Counted from the first letter of the stretch, positions 20,215-30,441 are shown. The stretch is DNA of 64,000 nucleotides from Opitutales bacterium (GCA_013215165.1 JABSRG010000011.1:7074-71073); one strand, 5' to 3'. Notes: generated from the letters alone by a model not told the origin. Translations and numbers: made by a program.

Positions 20215-20823
20215 ATGATCACTTCCATGAGCTTCCCATCTTCTTCCGCAGCCGGCGACAACGCAGTCGATGTGGATGCCTGGGTCATGGAGCAGACGCA
20301 GAGTATCGTGGACGGCAGTCATAGCGCCTTTACCGCGTTTTGCCACCGCTACAGCGCTCAGCTCCATCGCTACTGTCTGACATTGGTGAGTGGTAATGAA
20401 GCCGAGAGCTACGAGCTACACCAACTTGTGTTGCTGCGCATCGCTAAACATCCCAAAGCGATCAGCAATGAGACGGAGCTCTGGCGATGGCTCAAACGCA
20501 TCATGCGGACCGCTCGCATCGATATGGCGCGCAAGCAGCAGCGCTATGGTAAGGCGATGCAGCTCTATTGGGAGCATGTTACCACCACAGCCCCAGACCC
20601 GCCCCAAGTGGAGCGTTCCATTACTGGGCTGATCATGGATGAACTCGCCGATCTCAATGAGGATGAGCGGGAGGTGGTGGAGAAAAAATACCTCGAAGGC
20701 TGGTCAGTTCGATCCATTGCCGAAGCGCTGGGAGCCAGTGAAAAAGCCATCGAGTCGCGCCTCACTCGAGCGCGCAAAAACCTACGTGCTCGTGTATCTG
20801 AAAAACTGAATGCTTCCCTATGA
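20215..20823 (+). CDS. ECF sigma-70 factor (start uncertain, 20215 or 20227)
   Basis: Region 2 WLKRI.R.ARID..R; region 4 EGWSVRSIAEALG.SEKAIESRLTRARK. Confidence 0.85.
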   Translation: MITSMSFPSSSAAGDNAVDVDAWVMEQTQSIVDGSHSAFTAFCHRYSAQLHRYCLTLVSGNEAESYELHQLVLLRIAKHPKAISNETELWRWLKRIMRTARIDMARKQQRYGKAMQLYWEHVTTTAPDPPQVERSITGLIMDELADLNEDEREVVEKKYLEGWSVRSIAEALGASEKAIESRLTRARKNLRARVSEKLNASL

Positions 20824-21125
20824 AAAAGTCGTCACTTTCCGAAATCCTCTCCGACCAAACGCGCCTTGATGCTCATGCCCAGGCTGCACGTGATGCGATG
20901 GTCGCACGCCGAGACCAACAGGCCCCCGAACTATCACGTCCGCCTTCATGGGCTTGGGCACTTGCGGCTCTGCTCATCGCATTGTTTTTTTGGATCAGTC
21001 AGCCTGCGGCGATTCAAGAAACGGAGAACGACGAAGGAGAGACGATCCATACGCTTTTGCCGCAGCACCAAGTCCCCGCGAGTGCTGGAGAAACGGTCGC
21101 GCCCGGCGAAACGCTCTCAGAATAG
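20820..21125 (+). CDS. Putative single-TM anti-sigma factor
   Basis: ATGA overlap with the ECF gene; one hydrophobic segment WAWALAALLIALFFW. Confidence 0.55.
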   Translation: MKKSSLSEILSDQTRLDAHAQAARDAMVARRDQQAPELSRPPSWAWALAALLIALFFWISQPAAIQETENDEGETIHTLLPQHQVPASAGETVAPGETLSE

Positions 21126-21920
21126 CTGGTCGAGCATTTTGTAGTAAGAAAGTTTCTCCGCGTCTATGGGATCGATGCCATAGCTTTTCAGAAAAAGCGG
21201 CGCGTAATCGGTATCGGGGAAATTGTAACCGAGGCTCCATGTGGCCAAAGCCAGGTCTTGATAACGATCTGCCAGCCCTGTCCAGCCCACGTCGATAAAT
21301 CCAACTAGCTCGCATCCATCGAACAATACATTGGGCAAGCAATAGTCACCGTGGCAGACGACGCAGTCCTCGTCATTCGGTCGTTCCTCAAGGCATTGCT
21401 TAAAGACAGCCTCGGCTCCCTTGCCGGAGAAACTGAGTGAGAAGTCTTCCTCAAATACATGGCCGATCTCTATGCGAGCACGCGCATCCATAAGTCTGTT
21501 ATCCAGGCGACGATCATCGGGGACGTTCTCGGTGGGGAGTGCGTGAAATACTTTGAGGGCTTCCGCTAAAGCAACGACCCGATCGGGAATGGGTGTGGCG
21601 TTCTCTCTATCCTCATAGATGGCACGCCCCTCCAATTTTTCAGTCACCAAAAAATGGGCATCCCCGTTACTTGCGTAAGCGATCAGTTCGGGCACGGGAA
21701 CTTTGTCTTGAAGCCATTCTAGATTGCGGCGCTCGCCTACGACCTCGTCATTTCCACCCGTGCGCTCGATCTTGATATAACAGCGTGCCGAGTGCGCCAC
21801 AACCGCCCCGGACTCCCCAACTGTATCCAACTCAAGAAGCCCCGCTCCCATCGCCCGAGCGATAGCCCGCGGGATCGTGACGCCCGCGTGGTTTTCAAGT
21901 TCCCTGAGGGAAATGGTCAT
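21117..21920 (-). CDS. Aminoglycoside 3'-phosphotransferase (APH(3')) family protein
   Basis: GESGA, YIK, VCHGDYCLPNV, GFIDVG, ADRYQDLAL, YY.MLD.LF; 267 aa. Confidence 0.85.
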   Translation of the reverse strand: MTISLRELENHAGVTIPRAIARAMGAGLLELDTVGESGAVVAHSARCYIKIERTGGNDEVVGERRNLEWLQDKVPVPELIAYASNGDAHFLVTEKLEGRAIYEDRENATPIPDRVVALAEALKVFHALPTENVPDDRRLDNRLMDARARIEIGHVFEEDFSLSFSGKGAEAVFKQCLEERPNDEDCVVCHGDYCLPNVLFDGCELVGFIDVGWTGLADRYQDLALATWSLGYNFPDTDYAPLFLKSYGIDPIDAEKLSYYKMLDQLF

Positions 21921-21973
21921 TGTGAAAGTTTAAATATGGATTGCGGCAAAGGCGGAAGAAACAGGAATTTCTG

Positions 21974-22005
21974 TTATCCGCGAATGGACGCGAATAAACG
22001 CGAAT
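21974..22005 (+). repeat. Left 32-bp inverted repeat (three CGCGAA units)
   Basis: TTATCCGCGAATGGACGCGAATAAACGCGAAT; 28/32 identical to the reverse complement of 24913-24944. Confidence 0.85.
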
Positions 22006-22093
22006 GTTTTTTATATCTACGTTGGTCGCTGTCTTGAGAGCTCTGTCTGAGCGCAACAAGCCGTTCTTAGTCCTTTGTTTAAGGCCCGACGGC

Positions 22094-23437
22094 CTACATC
22101 TCCCGGACTACCTTTGCGCGGGCGTGGTGCTGTGCGATCAAGGCTTCTAGATCTAGATCGACAAAGGCACTGTTGCGGATGCGTACCTTACCGTGGATAA
22201 TGAGGATATCGACCGTGCGGGGCCAACAGAGGAGGAGAGCGTCCACCGGATTTTCGTGACCGGATGAGAAGAGGTCGACGGCCGGAAAGATGGCTAGGTC
22301 GGCGCATTGGCCGGGCGTGATCGAGCCGATGTCGGTGCGTTTGAGGATTTTTGCGCCTTCGAGTGTGCCGATCTCCAGAGCCTGCATCGCCGTCATGGCG
22401 CTCGGGCCGTAGCGCACACGTGCGAGCATCAGGGCCTGGCGGAGTTCGCCGAGGACGTGGCCTGAATCGTTGGAGCCGGAGCCGTCGACGCCAATGCCCA
22501 CGGATGCGCCCGCCGCGCGTAGATCGCCGACGCGGCATATTCCCGATCCCAGGCGCATGTTTGCGTAGGGGCAGTGGGCGACGCCCATCTGACGCTCGCC
22601 GAGAAAGGCGACCTCCTCATCGGTAAAGTGGATGCCATGAGCGAAATATACGCCGGAAAAGTCCCAGCCTAAGTTTGCCAAGTAGGGCACAGGGCGTTCG
22701 CCAAAATGCTCGTGTGAATATGCGTTCTCAGCCTCGGTTTCTCCGCAGTGGATATGCAGAGGGATGTGATGCTGTTTGGCGAAAGTAGCCGAGTCTTTCA
22801 GGAACTCTTCCGTGCACGAGGTCGCGGCGCAGGGTGCAAGAAACACCTGCTGCATCGAACCGGAACTCGTATCGTGGTAGGTGGCCAGGAGGCGTTCCAT
22901 ATCGGCGAATATGGCATCAGCCGATTGGCAGACTTCTGGGGGATTGAGTTCAGACGGCTTATCCATGGCACCGCGCCCACAGTGGAAGCGCACGCCGAGT
23001 TCTTTTGCGGCTGCGAATTGCGCGTCGTGATGCTCGGGAGTACCCCTGGGGACGATGTAATGGTGGTCGGCTGCCGTGGTGCAGCCCGTCAGCATCATTT
23101 CGGCAAGGGCCAGTTGGCTCACGAGATGGAGGTCTTCGGTAGTGAAGCCTCGAAAATTACTATTCATGGCGGCTAACCAGGGTAGCAGCGTTGCATTGTT
23201 TCCGGGGGTGTAAGCCCGGGCCATAGTTTGGTAAAAGTGGTGGTGGGTATTGATGAGCCCGGGGGTCGCGATGCCGCCTTGAGCGTCGATGTGCTGGGCG
23301 AAATCTCCTTCGGGGATCTTGCCGGAGCCCACTGCTGTGACGGTCCCAGATTCTGTGATGATCCAAGCATCCGTGTGGACGGTCCGTTTTTCGTCCATCG
23401 TTACGAGATGGCCGATGTTGTGTATCAGGTCAGGCAT
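22094..23437 (-). CDS. Amidohydrolase, 8-oxoguanine deaminase-like
   Basis: PGLINTHHHFYQ, HIHCGET, AHGIH, HCPYANMRLGSG, GVDGSGSND; adjacent to an NCS2 permease. Confidence 0.85.
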   Translation of the reverse strand: MPDLIHNIGHLVTMDEKRTVHTDAWIITESGTVTAVGSGKIPEGDFAQHIDAQGGIATPGLINTHHHFYQTMARAYTPGNNATLLPWLAAMNSNFRGFTTEDLHLVSQLALAEMMLTGCTTAADHHYIVPRGTPEHHDAQFAAAKELGVRFHCGRGAMDKPSELNPPEVCQSADAIFADMERLLATYHDTSSGSMQQVFLAPCAATSCTEEFLKDSATFAKQHHIPLHIHCGETEAENAYSHEHFGERPVPYLANLGWDFSGVYFAHGIHFTDEEVAFLGERQMGVAHCPYANMRLGSGICRVGDLRAAGASVGIGVDGSGSNDSGHVLGELRQALMLARVRYGPSAMTAMQALEIGTLEGAKILKRTDIGSITPGQCADLAIFPAVDLFSSGHENPVDALLLCWPRTVDILIIHGKVRIRNSAFVDLDLEALIAQHHARAKVVREM

Positions 23438-24779
23438 GGGTGTCGTCGGCTTTTTTGTCCCCGTGCCGTGGCATGACGGCGTTGAGGATCAAGGCGGTCA
23501 GTCCGCCTGTAGAAATGCCGGATGACAACAAGCTTTTGGCAAAATCTGGTAGGGGCTCAAGGACTTGCGGGGCTGCGCTGACGCCGACACCCATGCCGAG
23601 CGAGGTAGCGAGGATAACTAATCCACGTTGGTCGAGCTGTGCATTGTGCAAAATACGGATCCCTGCTGATGCGATCAGTCCAAAGAGTACCAGGGTCAAT
23701 CCACCCATGACAGGTTGAGGCAGGGCAGCGGCGAGACTTCCGATGGCGGGGATCAGTCCAAGGAGTATCAGGTAGCCTCCGGCGATCAGACCGATTTGGC
23801 GCGATGCGACGCCGGTGAGTTGTATGACGCCGTTGTTTTGAGAGAAGGTGGTGTTGGGAAAAGTGTTGAGACAGGCGGCAAGGGCGGAGTTAAAGCCGTC
23901 GGCAAACACGCCGCCTTTGACGCGTTTCCAGTAGGTGTCCCCGGTGGTGGGCTCGCCGGAAATCGAGGACGTCGCTGTCAGGTCGCCGATACTTTCCACG
24001 GTCGTTACCAGGTAGATGAATAAAAAGGTGGGAAGTAACTCCCAGCTAAAGGCGAGACCGTATTTGAAGGGCACGGGTGCAGTAAACCATCCGCCTGAAG
24101 CGCCGCCGTCCCACGCCAATACGCCCAGGGTCGAGCACAGAAGGATTCCAGAAATGAGCCCGATGATCACCGCAGACATCCGCGCCCAGGGGCGATTAAG
24201 CCCATTGAAGACTAAAACAACGAGCACGACGACAGCTGCGACCACCAGATGGAGCCACTCCGCTTGTCCCTCCTGGAGCGGGAGGCCTGCTGCGATGTTG
24301 CGCATCGAAGTCGGGATGAGAGAGATCCCGATGAGAAGAACGACAATCCCCGAGACTAAGGGCGAAAATACGGTCCGCAATTTCGGTAGAATGGGGGACA
24401 AAATCATTTGCACGGGCGCGCCAACCAAGGCCATGCCCAGCATCATCGGTAGACCTCCTGCCTGTCCGGCTGCGATCAACGGGCCGATGAAGGAGAAGCT
24501 GGTTCCGGTGATGGTCAGCAATCCGCTACCGAGGGGTCCGATGGTGCGGACCTGAATCAGGGTGCCAATCCCGCTCGCAAACAGAGACATATTGATCACA
24601 TAGGCTGTATCCTCTGCTGACAGTCCGACGACCGAAGCGGCAATCAGGGGGGCGGTTACACACCCTCCCAACATCGCTAAGAGCTGCTGAAATGCGACTG
24701 CCATGGCCTGCGCAGGAGGTAGCCGGTCCTGCAGGCTGTAGAGAATCTTCGATGAGGGAGTATCAGACGATGCGCTCAT
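23430..24779 (-). CDS. NCS2-family nucleobase (xanthine/uracil) permease
   Basis: GTSFSF, ESIGDLTAT, TTFSQNNGVIQLTGVASR NAT signature. Confidence 0.93.
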   Translation of the reverse strand: MSASSDTPSSKILYSLQDRLPPAQAMAVAFQQLLAMLGGCVTAPLIAASVVGLSAEDTAYVINMSLFASGIGTLIQVRTIGPLGSGLLTITGTSFSFIGPLIAAGQAGGLPMMLGMALVGAPVQMILSPILPKLRTVFSPLVSGIVVLLIGISLIPTSMRNIAAGLPLQEGQAEWLHLVVAAVVVLVVLVFNGLNRPWARMSAVIIGLISGILLCSTLGVLAWDGGASGGWFTAPVPFKYGLAFSWELLPTFLFIYLVTTVESIGDLTATSSISGEPTTGDTYWKRVKGGVFADGFNSALAACLNTFPNTTFSQNNGVIQLTGVASRQIGLIAGGYLILLGLIPAIGSLAAALPQPVMGGLTLVLFGLIASAGIRILHNAQLDQRGLVILATSLGMGVGVSAAPQVLEPLPDFAKSLLSSGISTGGLTALILNAVMPRHGDKKADDTHA

Positions 24780-24790
24780 TCGATTGCGGG

Positions 24791-24807
24791 AGCAGGCAAG
24801 TTGCCAA
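24791..24807 (-). promoter_or_regulatory. Possible sigma54 promoter of the purine permease/deaminase pair
   Basis: Minus strand TTGGCAACTTGCCTGCT has GG-N10-GC spacing; it would give a nearly leaderless mRNA. Confidence 0.4.
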
Positions 24808-24912
24808 TGGGACGACTGACCGAGCTCGGTTCAATTCTAGACTGGAATGGATATTCAAGTCCAAGATGTTCAGGAGGTCGAAAAGCCAAGCAATTTTGAA
24901 TGAGCTTCAGCA

Positions 24913-24944
24913 ATTCGCGTAATTTCGCGTCTATTCGCGGATAA
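24913..24944 (-). repeat. Right 32-bp inverted repeat
   Basis: Reverse complement TTATCCGCGAATAGACGCGAAATTACGCGAAT matches 21974-22005. Confidence 0.85.
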
Positions 24945-24962
24945 TTTTCCGTCGTTTCCGGG

Positions 24963-25853
24963 TTATGCTGCTTCCCGGATGCGTCTTATGTTTTCTCTGA
25001 GGACGGCATGTTGATCGGTCGTTTCTTCATAGCCGAGTTCGGTACGGATCTTGGTGCTGTCGACATACCAGTGCTGCTGGGTGTCGATGTTGAAGGGGAT
25101 TTCGGCTTTTGAATCGTAAAGGATTTCGGCTTGGATATCGGCGGCGTGCCACACGGCCTGGCACCATGCTTCAGTGCTGAGTGCTGTTTCCTCGGATACA
25201 TTATAGATGTGATGTCCCATAAGTCCGGCTGTGAGGGTGATGCCGTGAGCACAGTCTGGAGCGGATGCCCGCGAAAATCGCCAGTGGGCATAATCAGGAT
25301 GGAGGCGTAAGACCCGCTCGCTCTCCTGTTCGAGTCGGATGTATTCGTCGACGCGGCGTCGATCAGGCCAGCCATAGATGGCGGGCAGGCGGAGGATGGC
25401 GACGTTTTCAAAATGCTTCAGGTAGGTGTTCTCGACACTGATCTTATCGTAGGTGTCATTACGGATGCTAGGCTGCTCGCGGAGCGCATCCGTTTCCCTG
25501 ATGGGACAGGTTTGGTAGGGGCCGAGTTCAGTCCGGTGGAGCCGGCCGTAAGCCTGGTAGACATCGATACTCGAAACGGCGATTATTTGCACCTGTGTCT
25601 GCTCCTTCAATGCCTGGCACACGCCTTCAGCGTCCGCTTGAATAAAGGGAATCATGTCGATGACGACCTCAGGCTCTAGAACCTCTAATGTCTGTTTCAG
25701 CTGCTCGTGATGCCTCCGATCGCACGAGAGGCTTGTGCCATATTCCGATTTACCACGCCGGTTGAGGCAGTTGACCTGATGGCCCTGGTTAATGAGTGCT
25801 TTCACTAGATATGGGCCCATGAGCCCCGTTCCGCCGATGACTGTGATGTTCAT
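24963..25853 (-). CDS. NAD-dependent epimerase/dehydratase (extended SDR)
   Basis: IGGTGLMG, SSIDVY, YDKI.VE, LRLPAIYG. Confidence 0.85.
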   Translation of the reverse strand: MNITVIGGTGLMGPYLVKALINQGHQVNCLNRRGKSEYGTSLSCDRRHHEQLKQTLEVLEPEVVIDMIPFIQADAEGVCQALKEQTQVQIIAVSSIDVYQAYGRLHRTELGPYQTCPIRETDALREQPSIRNDTYDKISVENTYLKHFENVAILRLPAIYGWPDRRRVDEYIRLEQESERVLRLHPDYAHWRFSRASAPDCAHGITLTAGLMGHHIYNVSEETALSTEAWCQAVWHAADIQAEILYDSKAEIPFNIDTQQHWYVDSTKIRTELGYEETTDQHAVLRENIRRIREAA

Positions 25854-25880
25854 TGTGGTGATAGTTCTCTTTAGGAAAGT

Positions 25881-26288
25881 TTAGTGCTCATCCCCCTGAT
25901 AGATCCACATAGACTGCGTGTGACCAGCCGGTTGGAAGCCCATCGATTTGTAAAATGCCATGGCCGCACCGTCGGCGACGAGGATTTGCTGGTGTAGCTG
26001 CCCGTATTTTTTGGACATACGCTGCATGATAGCTCGTCCGATACCTTGACGTTGATAGTCCGGGTGCACGATGAGGTGGGGATAATAGACTACGAGGTGT
26101 CCATCGGAGAGTGCGTTGCCTAGACCGACGAGTTGTGACTCGAAGCGCGCTGTGATCAGGCTATGTGAGTTCCTCAAGGCCGCTATCAGCGCATCGGGTT
26201 TCTTTGCTGAAGACCAATTATTCGCCGTGTAGAGGTCGACGACTTCGGTAGTCTCGATCTCGTCATTGGAGCTGTAAGAAATATTCAT
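25881..26288 (-). CDS. GNAT N-acetyltransferase
   Basis: VHPDYQRQGIG acetyl-CoA motif, FYKSMGF; start MNISYS. Confidence 0.88.
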   Translation of the reverse strand: MNISYSSNDEIETTEVVDLYTANNWSSAKKPDALIAALRNSHSLITARFESQLVGLGNALSDGHLVVYYPHLIVHPDYQRQGIGRAIMQRMSKKYGQLHQQILVADGAAMAFYKSMGFQPAGHTQSMWIYQGDEH

Positions 26289-26513
26289 TAAACCAACACG
26301 TGGGTGTAAGTCGTTGTCGTGATCGTGATCGTATTCGGGATTGGGCCGGCTCGGGGCGTGACCACAAGGCATGAAGGCGGTTCTAAAGGCTGGTTATGAT
26401 TGCCAGAAAAAGTCGGAAATTGGATAAGGCGTCGTATTTGAGGATAGGCATCCTGTAAGAAATTCTCCTTGTCAAGGCTCCAGCGTGCTCATGCTGACTT
26501 TCTGTTTATTTTC

Positions 26514-26927
26514 TTAGGGATCAATATGATCGAAGGTTTCGTTATTGGCCGGAAGCTCGTGAGGAAGAAAGAAATAGTAAAGGCCGAGCCAAGCTCCCCA
26601 GGACCAGCGGTAGAGGGCGATAGGTATGACGAGGGTAGTGATTGCGATGCCGCCGACTGCCCACCAGAGGGGGATGATGCCAAAGAGCCCAAGTAATAAA
26701 ATAGGGATGACCAGGCCAAATACAGTGATTCCGTAATTGATCACCATCGGGCCCAGAAACCAACCAGTACCGCGCTGCAAACGCATGAAACATAGGGGGC
26801 AGCTTTCTCTGAGTCTGAGGCCATTTTCGAACACCAGATGGTGGCCACAATTCGGGCACTGCATGCGCAGGCCACGTATTAAAATGATAATTGGGGGAAC
26901 TGAATGACTGACGCCTTTTGAGGCCAT
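26514..26927 (-). CDS. DUF983-family Zn-ribbon membrane protein
   Basis: RGLRMQCPNCG..LF, CPLC, then two TM helices. Confidence 0.75.
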   Translation of the reverse strand: MASKGVSHSVPPIIILIRGLRMQCPNCGHHLVFENGLRLRESCPLCFMRLQRGTGWFLGPMVINYGITVFGLVIPILLLGLFGIIPLWWAVGGIAITTLVIPIALYRWSWGAWLGLYYFFLPHELPANNETFDHIDP

Positions 26928-27027
26928 GTATGATAGCCAATGAGTTTGGTCGTCTAGAGCAATGCGGGAGAAGAATTTGTGTCTCTAATATCCACACATC
27001 AATTCTGCGGTAAATCGTGATCCAAGG

Positions 27028-27067
27028 AAAAGCCCCATCCCCCTGCCAAGGGATGGGGTCTTTTTTT
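27028..27067. terminator. Bidirectional terminator-like hairpin
   Basis: AAAAGCCCCATCCC-CCTGCCAA-GGGATGGGGTC-TTTTTTT. Confidence 0.75.
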
Positions 27068-27136
27068 CGCTTACCTGTGTTCTGCCTATTTTTTCTATTC
27101 TGCCGTAGAAAAAGGGTTTTGGGGGATGAATCTTGG

Positions 27137-27628
27137 CTAAATGATGACACGAAAGATTTCGTTTTCTTTTCTGAATTGGATAAGTTGGGTCAGTTCACCG
27201 TTATTTGGATGCATGACATACCAGCCTGTTTCCGTGCGGATTAGGATCTTGTGGACGAGGTCGAATGACCCCTTGGCTCGAGTCCGTATCACCCCAACAG
27301 GCACATCACCTTTTTTTGCTCCTCCACCACGAATATTGGCCTGATAGGCAATCGATTGGAACACGTGGCAAAGCCCGATGGATAGTGCATCATTATCTAG
27401 TGCAGGAGCTAAATTCTGTTGAGCATAAGCAAGATAGAAGGGAATCAGCTGCTCTTTAACGAAAGCTGAGCTTGGTAATATATATTTGTTATCTCTAAGT
27501 TCAGGCTTCAGGGAATGACTGACGATGAGCTCTCTAAAGATGATTGAACGGTTCAGCGTTTGTGTCGTCGCGTGGGCAGTAATCCCGGTTAATAGGAAGG
27601 CAAGGCAGGCGGTGAGGATGTGTTTCAT
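27137..27628 (-). CDS. Hypothetical secreted protein
   Basis: Signal peptide MKHILTACLAFLLTGITAHA; no recognised motif. Confidence 0.6.
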   Translation of the reverse strand: MKHILTACLAFLLTGITAHATTQTLNRSIIFRELIVSHSLKPELRDNKYILPSSAFVKEQLIPFYLAYAQQNLAPALDNDALSIGLCHVFQSIAYQANIRGGGAKKGDVPVGVIRTRAKGSFDLVHKILIRTETGWYVMHPNNGELTQLIQFRKENEIFRVII

Positions 27629-27906
27629 TTTCGTGGCAGTTGCAGGTTTTTGTTAATGCCGTAATACTAGACCACCGGGTCGATTTGGCCTATCAGGTGG
27701 TTTACTGATTTGGTCTCATTGGGGACCGCATGTTTTTTTGGAAAGTCCTCTGATGGAGCTTTGATTGTCGCGTAACCTGGGCATCGTTTTATCCGAGAAC
27801 AGCTGAAAATTTCGCTTAGATCTTCTGGGGTAATTTACGTAGGCAGTCCTGATCGAGGCATGCCTTTGCTGTTGATCCTAGATAAGGGCAGCCGTAGGGA
27901 AGAGGC

Positions 27907-28443
27907 ATGACAGATGAATCTTCAGGAGCCGCCGACCTGCAACTGCATGTGGGCCTGATTATGGGTAGTATCTCCGATTGGGAGACGATGAAGCATGCGG
28001 CGGAACGTCTACGCCAGATGGAGATTCCGTTTGAGAAGGAGATAGTCAGCGCGCATCGGACGCCAAAGAAATTGGTTCATTATGCTGAAACCGCCCGCAG
28101 TCGGGGACTCAAGGTGATCATCGCAGGGGCCGGGGGTGCAGCCCATTTACCCGGCATGGTTGCATCGCTCACTACCTTGCCTGTCTTGGGCGTTCCCGTG
28201 AAGTCGCGGGCTTTGAATGGCTTGGACTCGCTGCTATCCATTGTTCAAATGCCCGCAGGGGTGCCCGTGCCCACCCTGGCCATCGGGCAATCTGGAGCCG
28301 TCAATGCCGCTCTGACAGCAGCGGCGATTCTTGGCGTTGCTGACGAGGCAGTGGCCGATCGCCTCAGTGCTTACCGCACCTATTTGACGGAGTCAGTAAT
28401 GGAGATGACGCTCCCTGAAGAACCGATTGAGGAGGGCGTATGA
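27907..28443 (+). CDS. purE: N5-CAIR mutase
   Basis: [35 protein letters not shown]. Confidence 0.97.
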   Translation: MTDESSGAADLQLHVGLIMGSISDWETMKHAAERLRQMEIPFEKEIVSAHRTPKKLVHYAETARSRGLKVIIAGAGGAAHLPGMVASLTTLPVLGVPVKSRALNGLDSLLSIVQMPAGVPVPTLAIGQSGAVNAALTAAAILGVADEAVADRLSAYRTYLTESVMEMTLPEEPIEEGV

Positions 28444-29543
28444 GCGGAAAGACGTTAGAGCAATTTTCACCTGGATCGACGATAGGGATTTTTGGCGGGG
28501 GGCAGCTGGGTCGAATGATGATCCAATCTGGACGTTCAATGGGCTACCGTTTCCACGTTTATGACCCCTCCGAACTTTCGACCGCCGGGTTTATCGCAGA
28601 TTCCTTTACCTGCGCTTCTTATGACGACACCGAAGCCTTAGATGCCTTCGCTGCATCTGTGGATTTGATCACTCTAGAGTTCGAAAATATAGCAGTCTTA
28701 GCGTTGGAGCATGTGTCGAAAACGCGGCCGGTAATGCCGGGTATCGAAGTATTGCGGACCTGCCAGGACCGAGCCTTGGAAAAGACCTTCCTATCGGACA
28801 ACGAGATTGCGGTGGCGCCTTTTAAGGTAGCGCAGTCACCAGACGAGTTGGCTGAAGCTATTAAACTCATTGGGACTCCCTGTGTCGTGAAGAGCGCTCG
28901 TTCAGGCTATGACGGGAAGGGCCAGTTAAAGTTGGATAGTTTCAAGGTGAGCCAGAAGAAGAAAGTGTGGGATACGATCGGAGCTGACACTGTTGTGGTA
29001 GAGCAGTGGATTCCGCATATCGGCGAGTTTTCCGCCATTTGTGCACGGCGCTCTGACGGTGCCACACGATTATTTCCGATGATGCGTAACCTGCATCGTA
29101 ATCATATACTGGCAGAGACGCATATTCCCTGTGGTTTGGATCCCCAAATTGAGCAGGCGGGGCAGCGTATCGCCCGTAAGATTGCCGAGGCTCTCGACGT
29201 CGTGGGGCTGATTGCAGTCGAGTTTTTCCTGACGAGTGAGCAGAAGCTTCTGGTAAACGAGCTGGCGCCGCGTCCCCATAATAGTGGCCACGCGACGATG
29301 GATGCCTGCTATACGAGCCAGTTTCAGCAGCACATTCGTGCTATTTGTGGACTGCCTCTAGGAAATCCACGCCTGCACACGCATGCCAAGATGATCAACC
29401 TGCTCGGTGATCGTTGGGAGGAAGGGGAGCCAGATTGGTTTGGTTTCCTGAAAGATCCGAATGCGCGCCTTCATCTCTACGATAAGGGGGAGCCACGTCC
29501 GGGCCGGAAGATGGGACATGTGACTTACCTACAGATTTCTTAG
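28440..29543 (+). CDS. purK: N5-CAIR synthase
   Basis: [37 protein letters not shown]. Confidence 0.96.
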   Translation: MSGKTLEQFSPGSTIGIFGGGQLGRMMIQSGRSMGYRFHVYDPSELSTAGFIADSFTCASYDDTEALDAFAASVDLITLEFENIAVLALEHVSKTRPVMPGIEVLRTCQDRALEKTFLSDNEIAVAPFKVAQSPDELAEAIKLIGTPCVVKSARSGYDGKGQLKLDSFKVSQKKKVWDTIGADTVVVEQWIPHIGEFSAICARRSDGATRLFPMMRNLHRNHILAETHIPCGLDPQIEQAGQRIARKIAEALDVVGLIAVEFFLTSEQKLLVNELAPRPHNSGHATMDACYTSQFQQHIRAICGLPLGNPRLHTHAKMINLLGDRWEEGEPDWFGFLKDPNARLHLYDKGEPRPGRKMGHVTYLQIS

Positions 29544-29544
29544 G

Positions 29545-30441
29545 CTATTTGGACTTTAGATATTCTGATCGGTAGGCTGTGGGTGTCATCCCATGTGCTT
29601 TGCGGAGTACGCGATTGAAGTAGGAAGGGGCGGAAAACCCCGATGCCCAGGCGATTTCAGCAATCGTAAGACCAGACGATTTCAAATGCTCAATTGCCGT
29701 TCGCAAGCGTGCGTAGTTGAGAGCCTGAGTGAAAGGAGTCTTGGTGTACTCTTGAAAAGCGCGGGAGAGATAATCGGCCGAGCAATCGAGAGTATCCGCC
29801 ATATATCGTAGGTTGAAACTCGGATTAGTATAGTCGATGTCGATGCTGCGCTGAGCCAATCCCACTTTTCGGTTTGGAATGATGCCCTCAATCGGAGCAA
29901 CTTGATCTATGACTGTCAGTGCATTTCCCATTAGACTCATCATCAATCCACGGCATACAGTCGTCGGTTTGACTGACATACTCCACGTGTGGCTGACTAA
30001 ATCATTAGCATGGCGTTGCATCATCCTACTGGCTTCCGAAGGAAAGACATCGAGTGGGCCACACACGGTCCGAGCAGTGGGGGAAGCATAACCCACGTGG
30101 AAGGAGAATCCGTTGCTGCGAAACATGACGATCAGGTCGCTAAATCTGTCACCAATCCGACGTGGAATCTCACGGTGGGGAATTTCTGCAGGCATAACGG
30201 TTACTTCGCCTGGACGATTTTCGAACGCTCCTCCCGGGGTTTCGAACTGTTTAACACCATCGATCTGAATGAATAGTTCAGGTGTGGGATGAAAGGGAAA
30301 TCCATAACTAACATCCCGTTGACCGGCAGGATTTGGAACATGTGTGGTGAGCGTTCCCCTGTCTAAGCGACTCAATGTGGTTTCAAGGGTTTGGCGATAA
30401 AGCTGAACCCGATCCCCTGCCTCTTCGGTCCTATTTATCAT
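29545..30441 (-). CDS. AraC-family regulator with cupin sensor
   Basis: FHPTPELF...PAEIPH.E cupin; IAEIAWASGFSAPSYF.R HTH. Confidence 0.88.
   Translation of the reverse strand: MINRTEEAGDRVQLYRQTLETTLSRLDRGTLTTHVPNPAGQRDVSYGFPFHPTPELFIQIDGVKQFETPGGAFENRPGEVTVMPAEIPHREIPRRIGDRFSDLIVMFRSNGFSFHVGYASPTARTVCGPLDVFPSEASRMMQRHANDLVSHTWSMSVKPTTVCRGLMMSLMGNALTVIDQVAPIEGIIPNRKVGLAQRSIDIDYTNPSFNLRYMADTLDCSADYLSRAFQEYTKTPFTQALNYARLRTAIEHLKSSGLTIAEIAWASGFSAPSYFNRVLRKAHGMTPTAYRSEYLKSK

Noticed and set aside
27630-27906. Hairpins and CCTGGGCA upstream of purE suggesting a ZTP or purine riboswitch
   Set aside because: No GACTGGCG/CGCC pseudoknot pair or purine aptamer core; the stems are short and rely on G-U pairs, as expected on a G/T-rich strand.
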